From positions 1 through 61,021 of the forward strand of contig JBAXKC010000015.1 of the NCBI GenBank assembly GCA_037137535.1: DNA of 61,021 nt, in the 5' to 3' direction. Positions 40,091-49,111 of the stretch are shown here, piece by piece. Numbering within the stretch: the stretch's first letter is position 1; each line of letters starts with the position of its first letter. The notes under the pieces are model-generated. The model was not told the origin of the DNA and did not search any database. It worked only from the letters and a program-made list of their open reading frames with translations. A program made the position numbers and the translations under genes. The DNA is from a bacterium (lineage in GTDB: Bacteria > Cyanobacteriota > Vampirovibrionia > Gastranaerophilales > JBAXKC01).

Positions 40091-40827
40091 TAAGTCTCTC
40101 CTTGTAAGTCGTTCATTGTTAAAATATTTTTCACATAAAAAACGTTGTCTTTTCTTATGACGTCTATTAACCTGTTTAGTTCATTTTTAACTTCGGTTGT
40201 CTTGTATTTTATAGTTAAAACACTAACTATTTCGGCAACTTTTTCCCTTATTTGATACTCCTTATTATTTATAAAAACATCACTTATGTTTATTAACTGT
40301 TTTAATGTTTCTTCAGTTAAAGTCAAATCCTCTCGCTTTATTATTTCTCTTATAGCTGATAAAGACCAGTATAGTTGAGTCATTGTTAAATCATTTAACT
40401 TACCGAACAATTCGTCTAATACAAATAGAGGATTATCAATATATTTTAATATATTAATCGTATTTCTGCAAACATTGGGAGTTGTGCCATTCAAGGTATC
40501 TATAAAAGCATTTAAGCTGTAAGTATCACTGAATAAATCAATAAACAAGGACTTTTTCAACAACTCACCAAGCAAATATGTTGATATATCTAAAACTCTA
40601 TTTCTTTTATAGGATATACATTTTTTTAAAAATAATAAATCTTCTTCTGTTTTTAATTCTTCTATTTTTAATAATTTAATTAATAATTCTTCTTCTGAGG
40701 GATTTTCTTTTAATTCAAAATAAATGCTATTATTTAGTAACAGGACAGAAGCATTAACCTTAACATCAATATCTTCTGATGCTAAATCATTTAGAATTAA
40801 ATCTGTTTTATTATCTAAATTATTCAT
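40090..40827 (-). CDS. HEAT/ARM-like helical repeat protein
   Basis: Leu-rich amphipathic repeats (EDIDVKVNAS, EYQIREKVAE, DNVFYVK). Confidence 0.65.
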   Translation of the reverse strand: MNNLDNKTDLILNDLASEDIDVKVNASVLLLNNSIYFELKENPSEEELLIKLLKIEELKTEEDLLFLKKCISYKRNRVLDISTYLLGELLKKSLFIDLFSDTYSLNAFIDTLNGTTPNVCRNTINILKYIDNPLFVLDELFGKLNDLTMTQLYWSLSAIREIIKREDLTLTEETLKQLINISDVFINNKEYQIREKVAEIVSVLTIKYKTTEVKNELNRLIDVIRKDNVFYVKNILTMNDLQGET

Positions 40828-40931
40828 TTTCTAATACTTTTGGGGGTATAATCACAACCAAAAAATCTCTAAAATTATATTACATTTATAATAATTATAT
40901 TATACAAACAAAATTATGAGGAGAATAAAAT

Positions 40932-41117
40932 ATGAAATCATGGGGTGTAGTGGATTTTTTCAAAGATCTGGTATTCCAACAAAATAGCGATTATGTGGGT
41001 CTTAGCCGATTAAAAAACACAGAAGAAAATACTCCCAAAATGCCATCAATACCAAAAAAGGCAAGAAAAGACGTAAAAATATCCGACCTTATGAAAGGCA
41101 ATATCTCTGATTATTAA
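40932..41117 (+). CDS. Small hypothetical protein (61 aa)
   Basis: GAGGAG RBS; followed by a bidirectional hairpin. Confidence 0.7.
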   Translation: MKSWGVVDFFKDLVFQQNSDYVGLSRLKNTEENTPKMPSIPKKARKDVKISDLMKGNISDY

Positions 41118-41154
41118 CAAAAATAAAGGAGTCAATTAAGACTCCTTTATTTTT

Positions 41155-42186
41155 TTATTGGTACATTTTCATTATAGTTTTAACATTTTTAAGCGTTTCA
41201 CTTGCTTTAAATCTGGCTTTCTCGCTGCCTTCTATAAGTAATTTATTTATATAATCAGGATTTTGTTCTAATTCCGCTCTTTTTTCTCTTACAGATCTAA
41301 ATTTATTATTAATAATAGTGGCTATTTCTCTTTTGCAATCAGCGCAACCTCTAATAGCATTTACACATTCATTCTTCATTCTTTCTTGAGTTTCTTTATC
41401 TGCGAAAATAGAATAATAAGGACAGATTACTTCACAGTCTTCAGGATGTCCTGGATCTGTTTTTCTAAGCCTTGATCTATCTGTAACAGCACTCATTATT
41501 TTTTTAGTTGTTACTTCTTCCGAATCAGCAATCTTTATATCGTTATTAAAAGATTTACCCATTTTTTGACCATCAACACCTTTAATAAGAGGTGTTTCAG
41601 TTAATCGTGGATGTGGCTCGTTAAAATAATCTGTTTTATAAAGATAATTAAATCTTCTTGTTATATCCCTTGTTAATTCAAGGTGAGCAATCTGATCATG
41701 CCCAACAGGAACCAGCGAAGCATTAAAAGTAATTATATCAGCTGTCATTAAAACAGGGTAACCTAATAATCCATAATTAAGTAAACCTGATATATTTTGT
41801 TGTCCTTCATTATCTTCATGATCTTTTCTTAAGATTTTAACCATGTCTTTTAAAGTAGGATCTCTTTCTACCCAATTTTGAGGGGTTATCATACTTAAGT
41901 AAAGATGAATTTCAGCTGTTTCAGGTACTAAAGACTGTATATAAACAGTTGATTGCTCTGGATTTATCCCGCTTGCAATCCAATCGAGAGCTACATTAAC
42001 TATATTTTCTTTTAAATCTTCTGTTTTGTCATATTTAGTTGTTAAAGCATGCCAGTCTGCAATTGAGAAGAAACATTCATATTCATTTTGAAAATCTATC
42101 CAGTTTCTAAGTACTCCCATATAATGTCCTAAATGAAGTTTTCCTGTAGGACGCATTCCCGACATTATACGTTTTTTATCGCTCAT
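41155..42186 (-). CDS. trpS: Tryptophan--tRNA ligase
   Basis: SGMRPTGKLHLGH, YPVLMTADI, VPVGHDQ, KMGKS. Confidence 0.96.
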   Translation of the reverse strand: MSDKKRIMSGMRPTGKLHLGHYMGVLRNWIDFQNEYECFFSIADWHALTTKYDKTEDLKENIVNVALDWIASGINPEQSTVYIQSLVPETAEIHLYLSMITPQNWVERDPTLKDMVKILRKDHEDNEGQQNISGLLNYGLLGYPVLMTADIITFNASLVPVGHDQIAHLELTRDITRRFNYLYKTDYFNEPHPRLTETPLIKGVDGQKMGKSFNNDIKIADSEEVTTKKIMSAVTDRSRLRKTDPGHPEDCEVICPYYSIFADKETQERMKNECVNAIRGCADCKREIATIINNKFRSVREKRAELEQNPDYINKLLIEGSEKARFKASETLKNVKTIMKMYQ

Positions 42187-42397
42187 TACAAAAGCTCCTT
42201 TAACTAAATTTTATTCTATATAAAATCTATTCTAATTAAAAAATAAAACATAATCTTCTATTGATGATTTTTAATATTAACTTTAATTAAGTATTTTAGT
42301 TCATATTTTAATTATTATTAAAAAACTTAACAATTAAAATTCAGCTAAAATAGACGTGTTTTGTAGAGATTAGATAAATACAGCAAGAAATTGTTTA

Positions 42398-42427
42398 GCA
42401 ATTTTTATTATAATTTTGTTTTTTATA
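42398..42427 (+). promoter_or_regulatory. Orphan-gene promoter motif GCAATT-N14-GTTTTTTATA
   Basis: About 155 nt upstream of ORF 42584; one extra T. Confidence 0.5.
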
Positions 42428-42583
42428 AGTAAGTAGATAAAATTAATAATAGGGGTTTTTATTTACTGTTTTTAAAGAGGTTATGTTTAATTACAACCGT
42501 TTTAATTTAATAAATCGGCCGGCTTATTGAAATAAAATTGTTAGGTTGTAAAATGGGAAGATTATTATAGGATATGGGTGTAA

Positions 42584-42949
42584 ATGAATAGCTTTAATTT
42601 TAATACTAATTTCAAAGCCTATAAAAGTTGTGAGAGTTCTTTAGATTACGCTTTAGATGTTTTCTGTACTTCAAAAACAGGAAGTGTATTTGATTGCGTG
42701 GCTCCATTAAAACATTCAACAGCAAACTCTGCAACTTCAAGAAAACTTAAAAACATGTTTCGAGCTATAGATCAAAAAATAACTTTATTTGACGTAGCAA
42801 CAAGTCAAAATAGTTGTTCTTCTGATGTTACAAATAAGGCAACAGACCTTTTAATGGAACTTAGAGAAACTAATGATCCATATAGAAAACAAGAAGTTAT
42901 GGATAAAGTTGACAACTTTTTTGAAAATGTAAAAAAAGGTAATCTTTAA
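42584..42949 (+). CDS. Orphan protein with a 'TNFKA' leader
   Basis: 121 aa; begins MNSFNFNTNFKA. Confidence 0.7.
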   Translation: MNSFNFNTNFKAYKSCESSLDYALDVFCTSKTGSVFDCVAPLKHSTANSATSRKLKNMFRAIDQKITLFDVATSQNSCSSDVTNKATDLLMELRETNDPYRKQEVMDKVDNFFENVKKGNL

Positions 42950-42987
42950 ACAATAAAAAACTGCTTAAACAAATAAGCAGTTTTTTA

Positions 42988-43311
42988 TTACTTTATTTTC
43001 TTTATCGAAGAATAACTTGAATGTATTTTACTAAGAAGTAATGTTTTAGAAGCATCTACTGTAAAAACACCACAAATTATTATAAGAGCTGTTATTATCC
43101 AACTTAATAACAAACTCGTCCAAAAATTATCCTTTTTTTTAAAAGAATATCCACATTTACAACTATCATTTGAAGTTAAATTCTTTCTATTGCAATTAGG
43201 ACATTTAAAATCAAGAATAATCCCATTTTGCTCAAAATAATAACCATCCATAAAAGATTTAACATATATAACATTTTCACAAGAATAATAATTCTTATTA
43301 TTTTTTATCAT
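42988..43311 (-). CDS. Zinc-ribbon membrane protein
   Basis: CPNC ... CKCG followed by one TM helix; start uncertain. Confidence 0.6.
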   Translation of the reverse strand: MIKNNKNYYSCENVIYVKSFMDGYYFEQNGIILDFKCPNCNRKNLTSNDSCKCGYSFKKKDNFWTSLLLSWIITALIIICGVFTVDASKTLLLSKIHSSYSSIKKIK

Positions 43312-43547
43312 TTTAATGCCTAAAAATTCCCCAACTGCTAGAAATATAAAACACTATATTGTGTTCTATATCATCCATACGTTTAATAAAAAAATTCCTA
43401 TTGGGCTAAATTGTAGCTATTTAATTTCAAATACGCTTTTTTATAAATTAAAGATAAATATTATAACAGTAGACTTTTTTGCAATGAAAAAACATATTTT
43501 AAAATCTATATTATTAATAATGAGAGCTATTTTATGAGGTATGAATA

Positions 43548-43763
43548 ATGTTTAATGATTATTCTGCAATAGAAAAAAATATTGATAATATTGATAAAAA
43601 AACAAAAAAAAGAAATGAAGCAGGAAGGTCATTAAACAGATATATTGATCAGCTTAAATTTCATTTTGAATTAACCGATAACGATGTATTAAGTGTTTTA
43701 AATTTAATAATAAAAAACAGAAAAGAAAACTCCAGTAAAAAATGGTGGCAGTTATGGAAATAA
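43548..43763 (+). CDS. Small hypothetical protein
   Basis: GAGGT RBS; ends in KKWWQLWK. Confidence 0.6.
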   Translation: MFNDYSAIEKNIDNIDKKTKKRNEAGRSLNRYIDQLKFHFELTDNDVLSVLNLIIKNRKENSSKKWWQLWK

Positions 43764-43819
43764 AAAGGTAATATAATAAAAGAATTACTGTTTTTATATT
43801 CTATTAAATAGGGGAAAAA

Positions 43820-44422
43820 ATGGCAGAAAAAATTAATGTAGAACTTGATCAAAAATTCATTCAAAATTTATTTGGATTAGCTGACCTTAATCCTCCTTCA
43901 GAAATAAATAGCGATAATTTAAATAATGCAATAAGTATTATAAAAACAAAATTCAATAACTTAGCTCTTTCTTCAGGAGGAATGGGTGGAGTAAAAACCC
44001 CTAGTACGGAAACAGTCAAAAATGCATATATGGCTAATGAACCCTCTAATGTTGTCAGACCTAAGTCTATTCTTATTGTCGATGATCTTGGAATTATAAC
44101 TTATCAACTTGAAGTTATGTTTAAAAAACTGGGATTTGATGTTTGTATCTCTCAAGAAATTTATGATGCAATAGATAAATTCAAAAAACAGGATTTTGGT
44201 TATGCAATCATAGATTTGTTTATACCTACAGAACGTGAAGGCTTTATATTACTGGATGAACTAAAAAAATTAACTTTATTATGCAAGTTAAACACCAAAA
44301 TAATAGTAATGACTGCCTCCTCCAAATCAGAATATCAAACAAAATGCACAAACAGAGGAGCGGATGTTTACGTTGAAAAAGCTCCGGGATGGCAGAAAAA
44401 ACTTGTGGAAGTATGTCAATAA
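43820..44422 (+). CDS. Response regulator (C-terminal receiver domain with an N-terminal extension)
   Basis: ILIVDD, IIDLFIP, IIVMTA, GADVYVEK. Confidence 0.85.
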   Translation: MAEKINVELDQKFIQNLFGLADLNPPSEINSDNLNNAISIIKTKFNNLALSSGGMGGVKTPSTETVKNAYMANEPSNVVRPKSILIVDDLGIITYQLEVMFKKLGFDVCISQEIYDAIDKFKKQDFGYAIIDLFIPTEREGFILLDELKKLTLLCKLNTKIIVMTASSKSEYQTKCTNRGADVYVEKAPGWQKKLVEVCQ

Positions 44423-44434
44423 AAAGGTTTTAAG

Positions 44435-44653
44435 ATGCAATTAAATAATAAAAAATGTCCCTTTAAATTAGAAAAATGTTCCAACGAATGTTCGTTATAC
44501 ATAGATCCTGAAGAACTAAATGAAACTGTAAAAAACAAACTGGCAAGTTTAGGTGTAATAGACAGGAAATCAGGTATTTGTTCATTTAAAAATATGGCTC
44601 TTGCTATGAGTCGAACTATATTTGAAAACAATCATAACTCTTCTTGCCGCTAA
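44435..44653 (+). CDS. Small Cys-rich (putative Zn-binding) protein
   Basis: CPF...C..ECSLY ... CSF. Confidence 0.7.
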   Translation: MQLNNKKCPFKLEKCSNECSLYIDPEELNETVKNKLASLGVIDRKSGICSFKNMALAMSRTIFENNHNSSCR

Positions 44654-44787
44654 AAATATATACAATTAATCTTTAAAAAACCGATAAGTATATACTATTA
44701 AAGTATTATATTATCGGTTTTTTTTGCTATTTAAACATAAAAACCTTAAATCAACTAACTATAAGGACTTTGTAAAGCTTTGTTACG

Positions 44788-44832
44788 AATATATACTAAT
44801 TACGCAATTAGTATATATTGAATGTTTTTATA
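44788..44832 (+). promoter_or_regulatory. Orphan-gene promoter motif GCAATT-N14-GTTTTTATA overlapped by a perfect 14-bp inverted repeat
   Basis: AATATATACTAATT-acgc-AATTAGTATATATT (44788-44819); motif at 44804-44832; duplicated at 46418-46462. Confidence 0.75.
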
Positions 44833-44881
44833 TATATGTAAGGTAAATGTGAATTTAATAAAAAGCATAAGGAGATATATT

Positions 44882-45466
44882 ATGGGTTTAGCTGCTAGTC
44901 AAGGTAGAATGCTTACTCTTACTTCAAGAAAAAGTGACCTAGAATACAGAGCTCAAATTATCAGTAACAGAAGAATTATGCTTTCTATGCAAACCAGTGA
45001 ATTATCAAGACAATACTCAGAAGCTTTAAATAACAGAATTATGAAAGTTAAAACTGATGGACAAGAATTACCTCTTTCTGTTGCTAACTTAACTTTAGTT
45101 AATATGAAAGCTGTTTACGCTGATGGTTCTGCTGTTCCCGATAAAACAGCTTCTAATGTTCTTGAAGAAGGTTTAAGAAATGGCGTCATATCTATGCAAT
45201 ACATTAACAAACCTGCTGATGCTGAAACAAATAATGTTGACTGGAAAACTTCTACTCTTATTAACGATAATCTAAACACAGCTGATGATGCGGCTGCTAA
45301 CGGTAAATATGAATACCTTAGCGCTCAACTTCAAGCTCAAGACAAACAAATGGAACTTGAATTGAAAAACGTTGAAACTATGCACAAAGCTGTTGAAACT
45401 GAAACTGAATCTGTTAAAAAGGTTGTTGATAAAAACATCGAAATGACATTCAAAGCTTTCTCTTAA
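44882..45466 (+). CDS. 'MGLAASQGR' family protein, paralog 2a
   Basis: AAGGAG RBS before ATG 44882; 194 aa. Confidence 0.88.
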   Translation: MGLAASQGRMLTLTSRKSDLEYRAQIISNRRIMLSMQTSELSRQYSEALNNRIMKVKTDGQELPLSVANLTLVNMKAVYADGSAVPDKTASNVLEEGLRNGVISMQYINKPADAETNNVDWKTSTLINDNLNTADDAAANGKYEYLSAQLQAQDKQMELELKNVETMHKAVETETESVKKVVDKNIEMTFKAFS

Positions 45467-45502
45467 TTTATTAATTTTTCACATTTTCTTACTTTTTATT
45501 TT

Positions 45503-45534
45503 AAGACTCTTCTTTTGAAGAGTCTTTTTTTTTT
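45503..45534 (+). terminator. Rho-independent terminator
   Basis: AAGACTCTTC-tttt-GAAGAGTCTT followed by a T-tract; duplicated at 47133-47162. Confidence 0.85.
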
Positions 45535-45577
45535 GTTACATTTTTGTAAAGAAAGATATAAAATAATTATTTATCCT

Positions 45578-45605
45578 TAAAGTTTATAGATCAATTAGTC
45601 GATAT
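45578..45605 (+). promoter_or_regulatory. Sigma28 (FliA/SigD)-type promoter TAAAGTTT-N12-GTCGATAT
   Basis: Near-consensus sigma28 promoter upstream of paralog 3. Confidence 0.8.
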
Positions 45606-45682
45606 AAGTAAAATAAAATTAAATAAATGAAGATTAAAAAAATTCTACTATTTTTTAATCTTCACTTAAAAGGAGAAGCGCT

Positions 45683-46267
45683 ATGGGTTTAGCTGCTAGC
45701 CAAGGGAGAATGCTTACCCTTGATGGAAGAAAAAGTGACTTAGAGTATAGAGCTCAAACAATAAGTAATAGAAGAATTATGATTTCTATGCAAACCGGTG
45801 AATTGGCAAGAAATTATTCTGAAGCTTTAAATAATAGAATTATGAAAGTTAAGACTGACGGACAAGAATTACCTTTGTCAATTGCTAATTTAACCTTAGT
45901 TAATATGAAACCTGTTTATGCTGACGGCTCAGCAGTCCCTGACAAAACTGCTTCTGATGTTTTAGAAGAAGGTTTAAGAAATGGTGTCATAACTATGCAA
46001 TACATTAATAAACCCGCTGATGCTAAAACAAACGAAGTTGACTGGAAAACTTCTACTCTAATAAGTGATAACCTAAATACTGCTGATGACGCAGCTGCTA
46101 ACGGTAAATACGAATACCTTAGCGCAGAGTTCCAAGCAAAAGACAAACAAATGGAACTTGAGCTGAAAAACGTTGAAACTATGCACAAAGCTGTTGAAAC
46201 GGAAATGGAATCCGTTAAAAAAGTTGTCGATAAAAACATTGAAATGACATTCAAAGCTTTTTCATAA
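45683..46267 (+). CDS. 'MGLAASQGR' family protein, paralog 3
   Basis: About 90% identical to paralog 2 at protein level; AAGGAG RBS. Confidence 0.88.
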   Translation: MGLAASQGRMLTLDGRKSDLEYRAQTISNRRIMISMQTGELARNYSEALNNRIMKVKTDGQELPLSIANLTLVNMKPVYADGSAVPDKTASDVLEEGLRNGVITMQYINKPADAKTNEVDWKTSTLISDNLNTADDAAANGKYEYLSAEFQAKDKQMELELKNVETMHKAVETEMESVKKVVDKNIEMTFKAFS

Positions 46268-47162
46268 CTCTTCTTGCCGCTAAAAATATATACAATTAAT
46301 CTTTAAAAAACCGATAAGTATATACTATTAAAGTATTATATTATCGGTTTTTTTTGCTATTTAAACATAAAAACCTTAAATCAACTAACTATAAGGACTT
46401 TGTAAAGCTTTGTTACGAATATATACTAATTACGCAATTAGTATATATTGAATGTTTTTATATATATGTAAGGTAAATGTGAATTTAATAAAAAGCATAA
46501 GGAGATATATTATGGGTTTAGCTGCTAGTCAAGGTAGAATGCTTACTCTTACTTCAAGAAAAAGTGACCTAGAATACAGAGCTCAAATTATCAGTAACAG
46601 AAGAATTATGCTTTCTATGCAAACCAGTGAATTATCAAGACAATACTCAGAAGCTTTAAATAACAGAATTATGAAAGTTAAAACTGATGGACAAGAATTA
46701 CCTCTTTCTGTTGCTAACTTAACTTTAGTTAATATGAAAGCTGTTTACGCTGATGGTTCTGCTGTTCCCGATAAAACAGCTTCTAATGTTCTTGAAGAAG
46801 GTTTAAGAAATGGCGTCATATCTATGCAATACATTAACAAACCTGCTGATGCTGAAACAAATAATGTTGACTGGAAAACTTCTACTCTTATTAACGATAA
46901 TCTAAACACAGCTGATGATGCGGCTGCTAACGGTAAATATGAATACCTTAGCGCTCAACTTCAAGCTCAAGACAAACAAATGGAACTTGAATTGAAAAAC
47001 GTTGAAACTATGCACAAAGCTGTTGAAACTGAAACTGAATCTGTTAAAAAGGTTGTTGATAAAAACATCGAAATGACATTCAAAGCTTTCTCTTAATTTA
47101 TTAATTTTTCACATTTTCTTACTTTTTATTTTAAGACTCTTCTTTTGAAGAGTCTTTTTTTT
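46262..47162 (+). repeat. About 900-bp direct repeat, copy 2
   Basis: Begins at TCATAA, overlapping the stop codon of paralog 3. Confidence 0.93.
46512..47096 (+). CDS. 'MGLAASQGR' family protein, paralog 2b (identical to 2a)
   Basis: Identical translation to 44882-45466. Confidence 0.88.
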   Translation: MGLAASQGRMLTLTSRKSDLEYRAQIISNRRIMLSMQTSELSRQYSEALNNRIMKVKTDGQELPLSVANLTLVNMKAVYADGSAVPDKTASNVLEEGLRNGVISMQYINKPADAETNNVDWKTSTLINDNLNTADDAAANGKYEYLSAQLQAQDKQMELELKNVETMHKAVETETESVKKVVDKNIEMTFKAFS

Positions 47163-47257
47163 GTTAATAAAACTTAATTATATTTATAAACTAATAATTC
47201 CCTAATACTTTTTAAATAAACTCTATAATATTAAATATATTATAGAGTTAGGGTAAA

Positions 47258-47851
47258 ATGTCAGTTTTAAGTATAACAAGCTTCAACTATAAAAATAATT
47301 ATAAGAATAATTCAAATAATTCTATTAATTACAGAAAAATTAATACCTTATCTAAAGATACGGTAAGTTTTGGAAATATAAATAAAGTGGCAAATGATAC
47401 TATAAAACTAACACCTATTGCTAAAACAGCATTATGGTTCTCAAAAAATTGCGGAGAAACTTCGAATATAGTAATAAATGCTTTAGGTAAAGGTTTATTA
47501 GCGCCATTAGTCGTTCTTTTTAACCCTATTGTTAAACAAGATAAGGAAACCAAACAATACTCGGCCTTAAAACTTGCTATAGATGCATCAATAATGCTTG
47601 TTGGACAGATAGGTATAAATTCTGCAACAAGTAAAACACTTGATAATTTAGCTCATAATAAAAAACTTGGTGAAAATTTCAATAAAGAATTATCAAAAGA
47701 TGCATTAAAAAAACTTCAAATATTAAAGGATCGCTCAAGTTTTGCTTTAACATTTGCCGCTTTACCTTTTATGTGTATATTAATAAATAAAGTAACACCA
47801 GGAATTATAAAAGCAATAAAGCCTGAGGTTGCAACAAGTAATAAAAAATGA
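47258..47851 (+). CDS. Orphan membrane protein with a 'DTVSFG' leader
   Basis: N/K-rich leader ending in KDTVSFG; three hydrophobic segments. Confidence 0.75.
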   Translation: MSVLSITSFNYKNNYKNNSNNSINYRKINTLSKDTVSFGNINKVANDTIKLTPIAKTALWFSKNCGETSNIVINALGKGLLAPLVVLFNPIVKQDKETKQYSALKLAIDASIMLVGQIGINSATSKTLDNLAHNKKLGENFNKELSKDALKKLQILKDRSSFALTFAALPFMCILINKVTPGIIKAIKPEVATSNKK

Positions 47852-48465
47852 AAATTTTACCTCAAGTACAACAAACAATAACAAGAAACTTTGAAAATGG
47901 TGTTAAAAATTTTGCTAACAGCAAATTAATGACAAATCATATTGAAACAGTTTTATCAAATGAAACAGCTGCCGCTAAAGCACTAATAGTAGCCAACGTT
48001 GCAAGAGATACTGTTAATTACTCTATGTATTTTAATCAATCTTTAAATAATAAAAAAATACCTGAAGATAAAAGAAAATACATAGCTGCTTTTGATATGG
48101 CTAACGGTCTTCTTGTTTGTGCAAGCCAAATAGGACTTGGTTTTCTTTTTACAAACAAAAAACTAAATGACAACATAACAAAAAAACTATTTGGAAACCT
48201 TAATGAAACAGCTCCTAATTTATTCAATAAATGTAAAAAAGGCTATATAGTTGTATCTTCACTTATTATTTCAAGTTTAATAGCTAAAAGAGTAATAGTT
48301 CCTTTTATAGCATCCCCTTTAGCAGAATCAATAAAAACTAAATTTCTTAAAGACGATAAAACAAATGAAAAAATACCCCCTATAAACTATGCAGATTCAT
48401 TCCAATATGCAAAACCGCTAATAACTTATAGAGGAAAAAACAAGTTAACAAGTAAAACAAACTAA
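47848..48465 (+). CDS. Orphan membrane protein, distant paralog of 47258-47851
   Basis: ATGA-coupled; similar helix-(PEDKRKY)-helix architecture. Confidence 0.7.
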   Translation: MKILPQVQQTITRNFENGVKNFANSKLMTNHIETVLSNETAAAKALIVANVARDTVNYSMYFNQSLNNKKIPEDKRKYIAAFDMANGLLVCASQIGLGFLFTNKKLNDNITKKLFGNLNETAPNLFNKCKKGYIVVSSLIISSLIAKRVIVPFIASPLAESIKTKFLKDDKTNEKIPPINYADSFQYAKPLITYRGKNKLTSKTN

Positions 48466-49103
48466 CTATTATACTTACAGGATGGACACAATATATCATC
48501 ACCTGTTTTAAAACCTGTTACGGTTATACCGCAATCCCTACAACTGGGAAAACCTTTATTCTTTCGCCAAACTTGAGTTTTAATATCCTTAAGAGCCGTT
48601 TCGTAAATCTTAGATCTTATATCATCATCAGGATATAAGTCTTTATTAATAGCAAGAAGTAATGAAGCAATTATAAAATCAGGCACAACAACAGAATTTA
48701 ATTCCTGTAATGTAGGCACCCCGGTAAATACATTATAAGAACTTTGGTTTATATATTGATCATCATATTGAACGAAATCAGTCCAATATTTAGCACTTAT
48801 AGAACAATTAGTAACATTAAAACCTAATGAATAAGCAGATACAGCTATTTTTTTTAAAATTTGGTGCTTATGTATTAAAAATTCCTGACAAACCACTGAA
48901 CTTTTAGCAGTTAAAAGTAATGTATCTCCAGCGGTAGAGGTTTTAACTCCCATTAGTTTAGTATTTTCTTTAAAAATATCACCAACTATATCAGCCCATA
49001 TATTTTTTAAAGCTGTTTCTCTTAAACCTCTTTCAAGGTCAATATTCTTTGAATATTTAGAGATAAGGCTACTTAAACTGGAAAAAGAGCTATATTTTTT
49101 CAT
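48462..49103 (-). CDS. DciA/DUF721 family helicase-loader-like protein with a C-terminal Zn ribbon
   Basis: W.DIVG, SSVVCQEF...K..IL.KI; CRDC ... CPSC; follows recF. Confidence 0.75.
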   Translation of the reverse strand: MKKYSSFSSLSSLISKYSKNIDLERGLRETALKNIWADIVGDIFKENTKLMGVKTSTAGDTLLLTAKSSVVCQEFLIHKHQILKKIAVSAYSLGFNVTNCSISAKYWTDFVQYDDQYINQSSYNVFTGVPTLQELNSVVVPDFIIASLLLAINKDLYPDDDIRSKIYETALKDIKTQVWRKNKGFPSCRDCGITVTGFKTGDDILCPSCKYNS

Positions 49104-49111
49104 AAAGAGTC

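Larger units (their letters stand above)
44632..45532 (+). repeat. About 900-bp direct repeat, copy 1
   Basis: Apparently identical to 46262-47162 (offset 1630). Confidence 0.93.

Noticed and set aside
43316-43537. 73-aa ORF
   Set aside because: No RBS and AT-rich intergenic composition between divergent genes; probably spurious.
44675-44725. CCGATAA as a sigma28 -10 element
   Set aside because: It is one arm of the inverted repeat AAAAAACCGATAA...TTATCGGTTTTTT downstream of the Cys-rich gene, better explained as a terminator.
44822-44881. N-terminal extension MFLYICKV... in the ORF track (similarly 46452, 34663 MFLYKK, 57424, 27433)
   Set aside because: These starts lack an RBS, and several fall inside the promoter motif itself; downstream ATGs have clear RBSs and match paralog starts.
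44632-47162. Direct repeats as IS/composite transposon ends or a DGR template/variable pair
   Set aside because: No transposase, terminal inverted repeats or reverse transcriptase; the copies are identical rather than A-mutated.
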